Shown here one piece after another: positions 30,214 through 40,509 of a stretch of 64,000 nucleotides of DNA. Both the position numbers and the translations under genes were made by a program. The notes beneath the pieces are model-generated. The model made no database searches. It had not been told where the DNA came from and saw only the letters and a list, made by a program, of their open reading frames with translations. The DNA is taken from positions 3,649 to 67,648 of the forward strand of contig JADHPT010000002.1 of the NCBI GenBank assembly GCA_016778305.1. Direction: 5' to 3'. The stretch comes from Poseidonia sp. (GTDB lineage: Archaea; Thermoplasmatota; Poseidoniia; Poseidoniales; Poseidoniaceae). Each line of letters begins with the position of its first letter. The first letter of the stretch is position 1.

Positions 30214-31008
30214 TCAAGCGTACTTTCCAAAGCCGTAGATGCCAGAACCCGCATCATCGCCAACGAATGGATTCGTTTTCCGTTCCTGCCCAATGGTTGT
30301 GAGAGGGCCGTGACCGGGGTGTACCACTGTTTCAAGATCAAGCGGCCATAGTTGTTGATGGATTGAGGAGGCGAGAAGCTCAAAATCTCCTCCCGAATGT
30401 GCAATATCCGTTCGCCCTACAGATCCAGCAAAGAGTGTATCACCAACGAAAACATGGTCCGGGCCTCCTTCACATCGTACGAGGAGACAACATCCGCCGA
30501 GGGTGTGGCCTGGCGTGTGCAATATTTCGAGTTCAATACTACCGAAATGGTAGGTTTTACCACCTTCAAAGGCCATATCTGCTTTGGCTGGCTCAGGCAG
30601 CGTCATACCGTACCTCAACGCGGAGGTTTGGGCCAAGGTTTGGAGGAAGTTATCATCGGCGTGAAGGTACCAGTCAACCCCATAATGCGCTTTGAGGGTA
30701 GGAATGAAGCCACTGTGGTCAAAATGTGCGTGGGTATTGACCAGAGCAACGACTCGGCGTTTTGGGATCTTACTTCCCTCATCCGCATCGATGGATTTGG
30801 GCCCTGTTGACCAATCTGGACCCCGCCCTTCATGTCGGTCGACCCACGCGATAATTCGTTCAGGTTCATCTCCGCCGTCAATGATGATGGTATCTCCGGT
30901 AGAACGGTCGGTCACAACCGAGCAGCGCATCTGGAGAGGACCAACGAAAAAATGGTCAATCCATGGATTGGTGAGCCCCATAGCAGATGCGAGAACAGCA
31001 TCCTTCAT
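30214..31008 (-). CDS. Metallo-beta-lactamase fold hydrolase (glyoxalase II-like)
   Basis: THAHFDH, HTPGHT, GDTLF, PGHG; ATGA overlap with the upstream gene. Confidence 0.9.
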   Translation of the reverse strand: MKDAVLASAMGLTNPWIDHFFVGPLQMRCSVVTDRSTGDTIIIDGGDEPERIIAWVDRHEGRGPDWSTGPKSIDADEGSKIPKRRVVALVNTHAHFDHSGFIPTLKAHYGVDWYLHADDNFLQTLAQTSALRYGMTLPEPAKADMAFEGGKTYHFGSIELEILHTPGHTLGGCCLLVRCEGGPDHVFVGDTLFAGSVGRTDIAHSGGDFELLASSIHQQLWPLDLETVVHPGHGPLTTIGQERKTNPFVGDDAGSGIYGFGKYA

Positions 31009-32636
31009 GAGGTTGAGCCTTGGATGATGTTCACCGTCAATTGATCGGTAGTCCAAGCCCCTTCTTTGTCCACAACGCGTAATTCGAACCGGTGAGCACC
31101 AACGGGAAGTTTCAATTTAAGTTGGGGTGAACTTGCAAGTTCCTGTCCACGGTCGTCCAACCATGCCCACGATACGATTTGATTGTGGGGGTCTGAGGTA
31201 CCACGTGCATCAAGCAACACAATCGCAGTCCCTTGTTCATCCGCAACGTGCCGTTGGTCATCTCCAGCCAAAGCCTGAGGGCGGTGAACATCCTGAACTG
31301 GAGCAGCCATTGAATTCAAGATCATATCATGAATTTCATCATCATCTGTGGTTGAATCGTTGGTTAATTCATCGAACAGTTGTTCTGCCGATTCAAAGGA
31401 TGATTTATTGGATGATTCAGACACCTGTTCCTCCATTGCAGCTAATAAAAAAGCGAGATTATCGTCTTCTCGATCGTCTTGATCCATGGCATCTCGTTCA
31501 TTCTGGGTGAGATGTGCATAAACTTCGGATTGATCCTTTGCATACAAGACATCAGCGCTGACATGTTCCGTTTCAGGTGTATGTTCAAACCAAAGAGAAA
31601 GTTCTGTCTGGTCAACTTCTATCAACTCAGAACGAAGCAGCAGGCGACCAATGGGTTCCGCATCGGTGTAGTCGTTCTGGTCCTCACCTGCAAAAAAGAG
31701 CGTTGAGTCCTGTTCTCTAAGGGCCAAGTGCGACGGCATGCCTTGGTGCTCCACCTTCCAGATGACTCCATCGTCGTTCCCATGGATGTAAAACCATGAA
31801 GCAGCCATGATTTGGCCTTGGTGGTGGAGGAGGGAAATAACAGGATGACCGGTGTCCATAATCAATTCCATCTGGCCGTCTTCCTGAAGGCAGAAAACAT
31901 GGCCGTTGTCGAAGCCAAGTACAGCACCCAAAGGGTGGTGATTAGAAGTAAGCATTCGCATACTTAGGTCGCTGCGTTGTATTAATTGATCTCCACTCCA
32001 CAACTCAAATTCAATTGCTTCCTCTTCACCCGCTACCAAAGCATGCCCTTCCCTTGTCAAAAAGAACGAACCATGGAGCGTTGTTCCAACGGAGGTGATA
32101 CGTTCACCAATGTCGCCTCGTTGTGGGCGAGTCCAAAGTAAATCAGATTCGTTAACAGCCACAATAGAACCGTTATGCTGGACGATGTAAAGGTGGTTTT
32201 TGGCAACATGCAACATCGAACAGTCTCCGAGGCGGTGACGTTGAGTCAGTGATTCAAGAGGGCGCTGGTATTGACCAAGCAATACAGAACCCATGCCGTC
32301 GAGGATGACAATACGTATGCCCCATGAATAGCAAGCCTGAACACCTGCATCAACGGGTTGGTGCTGAAGCAATTCACCGTCAAGTCCGTGAATAGAAAAA
32401 CCTTCAATCTCATCGGCAATGATGAGTTGAGAACGATGGAAATGGAGGGCACTCACTGTTTGAGAGTGATTGATGACCTTGATCGTTTCGAGGGTGTTGT
32501 CTTCCATGATTGCAGCGAGGAGTACCTTACTTTTACCCTCACTCCATGCGAGATATGTCCCCTCCTCACTGATGGTGAGATGGTGGATTTTTTCATCTGG
32601 CCGAACAAGTGGCGTCACTTGTCGGGTGAAGGTCAT
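31005..32636 (-). CDS. Beta-propeller + acidic linker + PKD/Ig-like domain protein
   Basis: WD-like N-terminal repeats, D/E-rich linker, AGDDQ...LDARGTSDP...WAW...GAHRFELRVVD PKD pattern. Confidence 0.72.
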   Translation of the reverse strand: MTFTRQVTPLVRPDEKIHHLTISEEGTYLAWSEGKSKVLLAAIMEDNTLETIKVINHSQTVSALHFHRSQLIIADEIEGFSIHGLDGELLQHQPVDAGVQACYSWGIRIVILDGMGSVLLGQYQRPLESLTQRHRLGDCSMLHVAKNHLYIVQHNGSIVAVNESDLLWTRPQRGDIGERITSVGTTLHGSFFLTREGHALVAGEEEAIEFELWSGDQLIQRSDLSMRMLTSNHHPLGAVLGFDNGHVFCLQEDGQMELIMDTGHPVISLLHHQGQIMAASWFYIHGNDDGVIWKVEHQGMPSHLALREQDSTLFFAGEDQNDYTDAEPIGRLLLRSELIEVDQTELSLWFEHTPETEHVSADVLYAKDQSEVYAHLTQNERDAMDQDDREDDNLAFLLAAMEEQVSESSNKSSFESAEQLFDELTNDSTTDDDEIHDMILNSMAAPVQDVHRPQALAGDDQRHVADEQGTAIVLLDARGTSDPHNQIVSWAWLDDRGQELASSPQLKLKLPVGAHRFELRVVDKEGAWTTDQLTVNIIQGSTS

Positions 32637-32696
32637 GGTGGTTCTTGCGGGCACATGGTTGAAAAGCACTCCCTGTAAGTGCGTATTCAAACTGAA

Positions 32697-34238
32697 TCAA
32701 TTCTCTTCGTCATTGTGCATACCAATGACATCATCATCCATGTGATTCATTCCTTTTGCACCATCATTACGTGCCTCATTGAGCCGTTCAAGATAAGCAG
32801 CATCGATATCGCCCGTGATGTATTCTCCATCAAAACAACTCGCATCAAAGGCTGTGATTTCAGGATTTTCCATGCGTGTAACATCAATCAGATCCTCGAG
32901 TGACTGATAGAATAATTTGTCACTTCCAATCGTGGCGCTGATCTCATCAATCGTCTTTCCATCTGCGATGAATTCTTTCACAGCCGGCATGTCAATGCCG
33001 TACACATTGGGATGGCGTACAGGAGGAGCAGCCGATGCGAAGTAAACCTTGGAGGCTCCGACATCGCGTGCCATCTCGATGATTTGCGCACTCGTGGTAC
33101 CACGTACGATCGAATCGTCTACCAGGAGAACATTTTTTCCAAGGAATTCATGCTCAATAGCGTTGAGTTTACGACGCACTGATTTTTCACGCAGTGCTTG
33201 ACCTGGCATGATAAAGGTTCGACCGACATAACGGTTTTTCACGAACCCTTCTCGGTAGGGTAAGTCCAGAGATTTGGCCATCTGCAAGGCTGCAATCCGA
33301 CCTGAATCTGGGATGGGTATGACGACATCAATATCGTGATCTGGCCATTCTTCCAGTAAACGCTGTGCAAGACGTTCCCCTTGATTCCTGCGCGCTTGGT
33401 AGACTGAGATACCATCGATGACCGAATCGGGCCGAGCGAAATAGACGTGTTCAAAGATGCATGGCGAGTAAATCGAGGCTTCAGCACACTGACGTGTGAA
33501 GAGGTGGCCTGATGAACTGATGAAAATTGCTTCACCAGGAGCAACATCCCTCACGACTTCAAACCCGAGCGCTGTAATAGCGACCGATTCACTCGCAACA
33601 ATGTATTCAGATCCTTCATCGGTGATGCGCTGCCCGTAGATCAGTGGACGAATGCCGTTCGGGTCTCGGAACGCCAACAATCCGTAACCAGCAATAACTG
33701 ATACACATGCATAGCCACCGCGGATGTGCTCGTGAACAGCCGAAACCGCTCCAAACACTGCCTCGATGTTCATGTGCGGATCGCCTTCGATTTTCAGCGC
33801 CCTCGAACGCTGACCGAGTTCGACTGCGAGGATATTGAGTAGCAATTCAGAATCACTTGAGGTGTTGATATGTCTCATGTATTCGTCACGTAGCATGACG
33901 GAGAGTTCATCGGCATTGGTCAGATTGCCATTATGAGCCAAAGCAATGCCGTATGGGGAATTCACGTAGAAGGGTTGAGCCTCTGCACGAGATGAGGAGC
34001 CAGCTGTGGGATAGCGGACATGCCCGATACCGACATTCCCTTCTAATCGCATCATGTGGCGCTTGAAAAACACGTCTGAGACCAATCCATTGGATTTCCT
34101 GAGACGGAAATTCCCGCCGGTGTCGGTGAGTATACCAGCAGCATCCTGTCCCCTATGTTGCAAAACAGTGAGCCCGTCATAGAGCAGTTGATTGACATGG
34201 TGGCCTTGACGACCTACAATGCCAAGAATGCCGCACAT
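32697..34238 (-). CDS. purF: Amidophosphoribosyltransferase
   Basis: N-terminal [41 protein letters not shown]. Confidence 0.97.
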   Translation of the reverse strand: MCGILGIVGRQGHHVNQLLYDGLTVLQHRGQDAAGILTDTGGNFRLRKSNGLVSDVFFKRHMMRLEGNVGIGHVRYPTAGSSSRAEAQPFYVNSPYGIALAHNGNLTNADELSVMLRDEYMRHINTSSDSELLLNILAVELGQRSRALKIEGDPHMNIEAVFGAVSAVHEHIRGGYACVSVIAGYGLLAFRDPNGIRPLIYGQRITDEGSEYIVASESVAITALGFEVVRDVAPGEAIFISSSGHLFTRQCAEASIYSPCIFEHVYFARPDSVIDGISVYQARRNQGERLAQRLLEEWPDHDIDVVIPIPDSGRIAALQMAKSLDLPYREGFVKNRYVGRTFIMPGQALREKSVRRKLNAIEHEFLGKNVLLVDDSIVRGTTSAQIIEMARDVGASKVYFASAAPPVRHPNVYGIDMPAVKEFIADGKTIDEISATIGSDKLFYQSLEDLIDVTRMENPEITAFDASCFDGEYITGDIDAAYLERLNEARNDGAKGMNHMDDDVIGMHNDEEN

Positions 34239-34296
34239 AGGTTCGCCTCATGTTCACGAGAAGGTGATGCCTTCTTATCGTTGCGATGCCGAAGCG

Positions 34297-34476
34297 TCAG
34301 GCCTTGGGTCGGTGAGACTTCTTTGCCCAGTTGTACTTGCGAATGCGAGATGATTCGCCGTATCCACAGGAGGCACAGACACTTTTTTGCTTGTGATATG
34401 CATTACGGCCACAGCGTCGACATCGAATGTGCGTGGTCTTTTGCCGCTTACCCATTGATGGAGTACCCTTTGACAT
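34297..34476 (-). CDS. rpl37e: 50S ribosomal protein L37e
   Basis: Hand translation [40 protein letters not shown]...; AGGTGA Shine-Dalgarno. Missed by the ORF track. Confidence 0.96.
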   Translation of the reverse strand: MSKGTPSMGKRQKTTHIRCRRCGRNAYHKQKSVCASCGYGESSRIRKYNWAKKSHRPKA

Positions 34477-34548
34477 GATATCACCTGAACGACTTGCCCA
34501 CCGACCACCCCCTTATGAAATAAGCGGAGCGGTTCAAGCGAGCCAAAT

Positions 34549-35010
34549 TCACTCTTCCTCAAACTCGAGACGAGCAGGGGGCGTGTGCATGAGTGATGCA
34601 AAAAGCATCCCGAAGACGATCACTGCAGCGACAACACAGGCAATCACGGTCGTTGAAAAGCGGATGACGTTGCTCAATGCCTGAGCACGTACCGAGCCGT
34701 TATCCTCCATGAGCAGATCCCCCTGCGAGAGGAAGAAGAGAGTAAGAGCAGTTCCGAAAACACCGCAAAGAAGCATGCCCAAAAAGGGAGCCAGCGGTCG
34801 CTTTCTCGCATCGCCATAAACAAAGAGTGTGAGCAAGAGAAGGAAGGAGATCATCGTGAAGGAAGTCAACATTGAGTTTGCAAATCGAATCGAGGTTCCA
34901 TCCCCAATGCCGGGATGCAGGCCGTAGGTAAGGCCGAGCAATGTACTCGGGATAACAATGGACGCAAGCAAAAGATTCCTAAGCGTGTTCATTCCTGTGC
35001 GTTCACTCAT
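34549..35010 (-). CDS. Membrane protein (4 TM), unknown function
   Basis: Hydrophobic ORF overlapping the upstream membrane gene; GGAGGTGA Shine-Dalgarno. Confidence 0.72.
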   Translation of the reverse strand: MSERTGMNTLRNLLLASIVIPSTLLGLTYGLHPGIGDGTSIRFANSMLTSFTMISFLLLLTLFVYGDARKRPLAPFLGMLLCGVFGTALTLFFLSQGDLLMEDNGSVRAQALSNVIRFSTTVIACVVAAVIVFGMLFASLMHTPPARLEFEEE

Positions 35011-35800
35011 CTTCACTCACCTCCCCCACGTGCTTGGCGATGTGCTTTGCAGCCTCAACCAATTGTTGGTTGGTTGGAGGATCCAATTGTTTGGGAAGCG
35101 GTTGCTGTGTTTCATAGACTGCCAGAACCACTGCGAAAAGGAGAATGGCCAGAGTTGCTCCAACCATGAGTCCAAACACATCTGCACCAGCGAGCCAAAA
35201 TTCCTCTGCAAATTGAGTTGTTTCTACATTGGGGCCATCTCGCAAAAGTGCGAGCATAACCAATAGCGAGGTGAATGCGAAAAGCGTCAAAAGAAGACGC
35301 TGTTCTTGGTTGCGTTCGTCTCCAACGATCTTGACAATGTAATAAACAACGAAGGAGAGAGAAGCTGTAACGAGAAGAAGTGTTGGCCAAAAAATAAGCC
35401 AGTAACGATTGATTTCATCAGGATAGGTGGGCGTCAATACCCACCAGTGCATTCCCTCGAACCAAAGCATGGCGATCAATACCATGGCAAAGCCTGCCCG
35501 CCTATCGCCTTCGCTGAGGCGACCGACGGGCACATGCCCTGAAAAGGCGATGTTGTAAAGGCCGACACCGAGAAGCACTGACGGGCCCAAGATGCTGCCA
35601 AGAAAGTGACCAAATGCGCTTGAAGGTGAAAATGTGAGCGTCCAGGGAGTGGCGAGAATTGAAAGAGTTCCGAGGGCCATGAAGACCATGCCAAAACGGC
35701 GCGTAGTGCCATGTTTAGAGAAAAATCCGAGCATCAGCCCAACAATGATTGCCAGTCCCGCTAGCCAGAAGAGAAGGAAGGCTTGAAAGGACTCTTCCAT
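35003..35800 (-). CDS. Multi-TM membrane protein, unknown function
   Basis: About seven hydrophobic segments; start MEESF at 35800. Confidence 0.75.
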   Translation of the reverse strand: MEESFQAFLLFWLAGLAIIVGLMLGFFSKHGTTRRFGMVFMALGTLSILATPWTLTFSPSSAFGHFLGSILGPSVLLGVGLYNIAFSGHVPVGRLSEGDRRAGFAMVLIAMLWFEGMHWWVLTPTYPDEINRYWLIFWPTLLLVTASLSFVVYYIVKIVGDERNQEQRLLLTLFAFTSLLVMLALLRDGPNVETTQFAEEFWLAGADVFGLMVGATLAILLFAVVLAVYETQQPLPKQLDPPTNQQLVEAAKHIAKHVGEVSEDE

Positions 35801-35929
35801 GACCAATGCAATTGGAAAGGACTTATAGAGAATCCCTTGAACTTGAACGCAGTGCTCCATTTACTGACGCAACCATCTGCGGAGGGCATAAATACCCGAC
35901 CCTAGTGGGCTGAATGCTTAGGTGTTCAC

Positions 35930-36214
35930 ATGGTCAAGCGTCCTCGTCAAGTCAAGCGTTACAGCCCTTCAGCGGGCAAGCACACAATGCATACTGTTGA
36001 GCGTGTCAAGAAGAGGCGAGCCTCTGAATTGCGCTGGGGTCAACGACGATTCCGTCGTGTCATGGCAGGATACCGTGGTTTCCCACGTCCAAAACCCGAC
36101 GGTCGTGAAAAACCTACCAAGCGTGTCAACATTCTTTACCGATGCACTGAAACCGGAAAGGCACATTATGCTCCCTGCAAGCGTGCAAAGAAGTTCGAAC
36201 TGGTCGACAAGTGA
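35930..36214 (+). CDS. rpl44e: 50S ribosomal protein L44e
   Basis: KHTMHTVERVKK, GYRGFPRP, KPTKR; conserved L44e-S27e-aIF2a-Nop10 order. Confidence 0.95.
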   Translation: MVKRPRQVKRYSPSAGKHTMHTVERVKKRRASELRWGQRRFRRVMAGYRGFPRPKPDGREKPTKRVNILYRCTETGKAHYAPCKRAKKFELVDK

Positions 36215-36224
36215 GGTGTGAAAC

Positions 36225-36395
36225 ATGAACAACGATTTTCTGAAAGTAAATTGCCGTGACTGCGGCAGTGAATCAACGATTTATTCTCGTGCTACCACTG
36301 TAATTACCTGCGATGTTTGCAGTGCTACTCTCACTAAACCATCAGGTGGAAAGGCTGAGTTGATTGGCTGTACTGTTGTTGAAACACTCGAATAA
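36225..36395 (+). CDS. rps27e: 30S ribosomal protein S27e
   Basis: Hand translation MNNDFLKVNCRDCGSESTIYSRATTVITCDVCSATLTKPSGGKA...; GAGGTG Shine-Dalgarno. Confidence 0.95.
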   Translation: MNNDFLKVNCRDCGSESTIYSRATTVITCDVCSATLTKPSGGKAELIGCTVVETLE

Positions 36396-36410
36396 GGAGG
36401 CTGAGCCTCC

Positions 36411-37199
36411 ATGAGTAACGACATCAAAAACACCCCGGACGAGGGTGAATTGGTCGTTGCCACCATCAAGACCGTCAAGCAAAATGGCGCCTACGTTGAC
36501 CTTGATGAATACAAAGGTGTAGAAGGCTTCATCTTCATTGGAGAGATTGCCAGTGGGTGGGTCAAAAACATCCGAGGCATTGTCCGTGAGGGGCAACGTG
36601 TGATCTGCAAGGTCATGCGCACTCGCCGTGACGGCTCATCAATGGAATTATCTCTCAAATCCGTCTCTGAAGAACGCCGCCGTGCTCGCCTTCAGGAGTG
36701 GAAAAACGAACAACGTGCTCAACAACTTCTGAAAGTCTTGGGTGAGAAATTATCGTGGAGTGAAGACGAACTCTCTGAACAAAAGGAAGATCTTACCCAA
36801 GCATTTGGAACACTTTACACCGCTTTCGAAGAGGCAGCCATGCAAGAAGGAGCATTGGAAAATGCTGGATTCGAAGGTGATTGGCTTCAAAACTTTATCG
36901 AATTAGCCGTTGAGAACATCATTCCCCCGTTCGTGGAGGTACGAGGTATTCTCACGCTCAGTATCAATTCCATCGACGGCGTTAAAACCATCCAGGAAGC
37001 ACTCTCTGCCGCAGAAGAACTTGCGAATGCAGAGGAAGAAACTGAAGTCAAGTGTTTCTACGATGGGGCTCCAAGTTATCGCCTTGAACTTCGGGCACCG
37101 GATTTCAAAATCGCTGAATCCCTCTGGGAAAAGGCAACGTCAATGGTCATAGACCATATGACCAAAGCAGGTGGAGAAGCATCCGCCCAAAGAGAGTGA
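36411..37199 (+). CDS. eif2a: Translation initiation factor 2 alpha subunit
   Basis: S1 domain PDEGELVVAT...GAYVDLDEY...EIASGWVKNIR; GAPSYR; operon context. Confidence 0.95.
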   Translation: MSNDIKNTPDEGELVVATIKTVKQNGAYVDLDEYKGVEGFIFIGEIASGWVKNIRGIVREGQRVICKVMRTRRDGSSMELSLKSVSEERRRARLQEWKNEQRAQQLLKVLGEKLSWSEDELSEQKEDLTQAFGTLYTAFEEAAMQEGALENAGFEGDWLQNFIELAVENIIPPFVEVRGILTLSINSIDGVKTIQEALSAAEELANAEEETEVKCFYDGAPSYRLELRAPDFKIAESLWEKATSMVIDHMTKAGGEASAQRE

Positions 37200-37203
37200 T
37201 CCC

Positions 37204-37437
37204 ATGGTTCGTCAACGTATGCAACAATGCCTTTCATGTGGCAAATTCTCACTCAAAATTGCCTGTCCATTCTGCGGTGAACGTGCCCAGGCTGCTGCCC
37301 CACTCAAGTGGTCGCCTGAAGACCACCGAGCCGGCCTTCGTCGAAAGATGAAACAAGTTGAAGACAAGCAGTGGACGGAGTCTCTTCCTACACTGCCTTC
37401 CCTCAAAACCATGCAAACATTGCAGGAAGAGGAATAA
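37204..37437 (+). CDS. nop10: H/ACA RNP protein Nop10
   Basis: CLSCGKFSL..CPFCG...PLKWSPED; follows aIF2-alpha. Confidence 0.88.
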   Translation: MVRQRMQQCLSCGKFSLKIACPFCGERAQAAAPLKWSPEDHRAGLRRKMKQVEDKQWTESLPTLPSLKTMQTLQEEE

Positions 37438-37527
37438 GACGGTCCCAACGATAGCACCCCAAATAGCCATCATTCCTCTTGCAGGAACGTCAAACATTAT
37501 AACGCGTCTCGTTACGATTTTGAGTTC

Positions 37528-38283
37528 ATGACCCTGCATGTAGAATGGCGTGGAAACCATCAGCAACTGCCAGAACACGAGGTGCTCTTAATCGCCTTCC
37601 CCGGAATTGGAAATATCGGAAAGGTAGCCATTGAAACAATTCGTAAACTGGATGGAACCAACGAAGTCGCTCGACTCCACCCCATTGGACTTCCCCCCCT
37701 TGCCTCACTTGATGATGATGGTTTGCTCGCCCCACCCCATCTCTCTCTGAACCAAACCGTGAATCAGGACGGCCTCAGCATCTTGACACTGGTTGGATCT
37801 GCTCAACCCAACGAGCCAAGCCAACAATCCATGATGGCCACAGAATTGATGGAGTTTTTCAAGGCACAAGACGTTCACGATCTCCTTGTTTTAGCAGGTA
37901 TGATCGATGCACCAGAACGTAAAGAGACCTTTGCTGTCGCAAGTTCAGCAAGCCATCGGATCGATTTGGAACAAATGGGCGTAGACGTGCGAAGGGATGA
38001 ACCAAGATCAGGAGCAATTGGAGTCACGGCACTTCTCGCTTCAATGGGACCTCTTTACGGCATGAATTCAACCTGCATCATCACCACAACCGTAGGCTCA
38101 AGTGGGGACATCTTAGCCTCTCAGCGAATGATTGAACGAATTGATGATTGGTTCAACCTCTGCCTAACATTGCCTAAAGAGGGCAATGAATGGCTGAAAA
38201 AGAAATTAGCATCGATTGCACCGACAAATACCGAAAATCTCGTCGGTGAATTAACAGGATCTCACGATGCTTTCTACATGTGA
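37528..38283 (+). CDS. PAC2 family proteasome assembly chaperone
   Basis: LIAFPGIGNIGKVA motif, C-terminal FYM (HbYX-like), position after nop10. Confidence 0.85.
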   Translation: MTLHVEWRGNHQQLPEHEVLLIAFPGIGNIGKVAIETIRKLDGTNEVARLHPIGLPPLASLDDDGLLAPPHLSLNQTVNQDGLSILTLVGSAQPNEPSQQSMMATELMEFFKAQDVHDLLVLAGMIDAPERKETFAVASSASHRIDLEQMGVDVRRDEPRSGAIGVTALLASMGPLYGMNSTCIITTTVGSSGDILASQRMIERIDDWFNLCLTLPKEGNEWLKKKLASIAPTNTENLVGELTGSHDAFYM

Positions 38284-38287
38284 AGAG

Positions 38288-38370
38288 CGCCGAGAGAGGG
38301 ATTTGAACCCCCGCGTCCAAGGGACAGTGGATTTCGAATCCACCGCAATACCGGGCTATGCGACCTCGGC
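38288..38370 (-). tRNA. tRNA-Ser(CGA)
   Basis: Reverse complement: GCCGAGG acceptor, GTGGA-TT-CGA-AA-TCCAC anticodon arm, long variable arm, GGTTCAAATCC T-loop; CCA not encoded. Confidence 0.96.
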
Positions 38371-38425
38371 TCTGTGAGTTGGCTCATACGCGACGGTCAT
38401 AAGGATGATGTCGTCTCGCAATCAC

Positions 38426-38626
38426 ATGGAGATACGCTTTCATGGTCGTGATGTTGAGGTGACTGTTGATGTTGATGAAGGCACGACAGTACGGCAAGCT
38501 CTTCTGAAGGCAGACGTTCTACCTTCGATGGTCATCGTGAGTTTTGACGGTACAATCCTCCCTCACGGAACACCACTCCAACAGTCTGTTGAATTGCTCG
38601 TAACGACGATTTCTTCAGGCGGCTGA
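38426..38626 (+). CDS. Ubiquitin-like SAMP/ThiS/MoaD family protein
   Basis: 66 aa beta-grasp pattern (GTTVRQAL...VIVSFDG) ending in SGG. Confidence 0.85.
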   Translation: MEIRFHGRDVEVTVDVDEGTTVRQALLKADVLPSMVIVSFDGTILPHGTPLQQSVELLVTTISSGG

Positions 38627-40468
38627 TCGATCAACGCGATTGATGATCTGCAATCGAGAATTCCGAGTATAATCACCGCGTACTTCAGTGGCCCACGCAT
38701 CAAGCCCGATGTTCGTAACAACAACGTCGTCCCCAACTTCCATCATTTCAAATTGGGAATTCCAATCATCAGCCCAACCCTCAACTTTCATCGCACCCGT
38801 ATGATCGAGCAACATGAGGCCTCGGCGTCTCCAGACCTTCCCATTGCGCCCTACGCCACTTTTCTGATAGGTGTAGACCACCTTCCCACCCACACTATGT
38901 TTTGCTTGATAATCCATCAAATTGAATGATTCAGTTTCTGGTGACTCATCGAGGCTGAGTCGGGCAAAGGGGTCGAATTTGAGAACGATTTCGCCTTTCC
39001 AATTAACGGTGAAAATCGCATCCTCAACAAGGACATTTTGACCCTTTTTCGGCAAGGAGTGCCACGTTGAACCACCAAGATGATGCTCATTTGAAACGAA
39101 ATAAAGTTGAGCGAAATACTCATCCTGTTTGAGAACCATTTTCAGCGGAGTTTTTTCCCGAATAAGACCAACTGAAAATATTTCGCCGCGAACTGTAGCC
39201 CTCGCATTGAGATGTCCGATTTCCTCCAATATGGTTCGATCAAGCGAACCGGGCAATTGCAGCTGTGAAGGCAATACTTGTTCATCCGTACCCGAGCCGT
39301 TTGGACACATTGCCTTCCAGTCACATCGATCGCAACGTGACGTCTCCGGTGGTGCTGCAGGTTTACCCCCCGGGGCGAAGCCTCGCATTGGAGCAGGCGA
39401 AGGTGGACAATCCTCCCGAGTGGGTTGTTCTTGCTTCAATTCATTCCACAGGCTTTTCAAATCGCGCTCTATTTCATTCATTTCATCAATCGATGGGCAA
39501 GGAATCTCTTTGATACTGGCATGTCCAAGATACCAAATCTGAAGCGAATGAACCTGTGAAGAGCGCCCATGCGTGACGTACCACAACATGGCATAGATTC
39601 GTAATTGCTCAACATAATCCCCGGAACGGTCGTTGGCGCCAACGCTCGCTTTGAGGTCAACGATGGTGATTTCCCCGTCCCAACGGTATACCAAATCGTA
39701 TTCACCCTGAAACCAATGTTCGGGGTGAATTGCATTCATCGTGAAGGATTTTGCATCCGGGTGAACGAACCAGGGCCTTGTGATTTCCCAAGCCTCTACC
39801 CACGTGATGTCTCCATCAGTCGCTAGTGGATGATGGCGAGGGAAATCATTCTGCTGAAAACCATCTGGTGCAGGCCAATCCTCTCGTTTTCCCTCGCGCC
39901 ATTGACCCATATTTGGTCCACCCCCCGACTTGAAGCAACGTTCAACTTCGCGAAGATGAAATGTCAAACCTTCGAAGACCATGCGAAGGACTTCTTCTTC
40001 CTCAACATCGTGCCAATCTCCTGCCTTTCGTTCATCTTTCTCCCATTCTTTTCTGCACCGCTCATAGACCAGTGGAAAATGTTGTTCTGCCCGAGTAAAG
40101 GTCCATTCACGTAGGTCGTGGGGATTATCGGGAATCATCGATTCTTCCAAGGGAAGAAGCATGGATGCAGGCCAAGAACGGCTTTCCTCTCGATTTGGCC
40201 GACCCTCTTCGTCCAAAGGAGGTTTGCCATATGTTTCAGCCGGAGCCTCGCCAATAATCAATCCAGGCGATTCACGAAGCACACGACAAATGGTTTCCTC
40301 AACCGCCCTACCAACAAAGAGAACGGGAATCTGTGGCATCTTGAAGCGCAGGACTTTTTCATAATACCAAAGGCGAGGGCAGGCCTTGTAGGCGTTGAAT
40401 TGACTTGCAGAGAGACGCGCATAGGGCCCGATTGAATCGGTGTCGCTGTCAGCAAGTTGAACGGGCAT
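38615..40468 (-). CDS. PD-(D/E)XK nuclease (RecB/Cas4-like, Fe-S) fused to C-terminal OB folds, paralog 1
   Basis: LSASQ..CPR, GEYDL...VDLKA, QLRIYA, CDRCDWKAMC; OB-fold tail (GKVVY...LLDHTGAMKVEGW...VGDDV). Confidence 0.85.
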   Translation of the reverse strand: MPVQLADSDTDSIGPYARLSASQFNAYKACPRLWYYEKVLRFKMPQIPVLFVGRAVEETICRVLRESPGLIIGEAPAETYGKPPLDEEGRPNREESRSWPASMLLPLEESMIPDNPHDLREWTFTRAEQHFPLVYERCRKEWEKDERKAGDWHDVEEEEVLRMVFEGLTFHLREVERCFKSGGGPNMGQWREGKREDWPAPDGFQQNDFPRHHPLATDGDITWVEAWEITRPWFVHPDAKSFTMNAIHPEHWFQGEYDLVYRWDGEITIVDLKASVGANDRSGDYVEQLRIYAMLWYVTHGRSSQVHSLQIWYLGHASIKEIPCPSIDEMNEIERDLKSLWNELKQEQPTREDCPPSPAPMRGFAPGGKPAAPPETSRCDRCDWKAMCPNGSGTDEQVLPSQLQLPGSLDRTILEEIGHLNARATVRGEIFSVGLIREKTPLKMVLKQDEYFAQLYFVSNEHHLGGSTWHSLPKKGQNVLVEDAIFTVNWKGEIVLKFDPFARLSLDESPETESFNLMDYQAKHSVGGKVVYTYQKSGVGRNGKVWRRRGLMLLDHTGAMKVEGWADDWNSQFEMMEVGDDVVVTNIGLDAWATEVRGDYTRNSRLQIINRVDRSAA

Positions 40469-40509
40469 AGTAGAACGAAAGGAACCACCCCTTTTGAAGG
40501 CTCACCAAT

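Noticed and set aside
34275-34601. 108-aa minus-strand ORF in the track
   Set aside because: Wrong frame; the real gene is rpl37e at 34297-34476.
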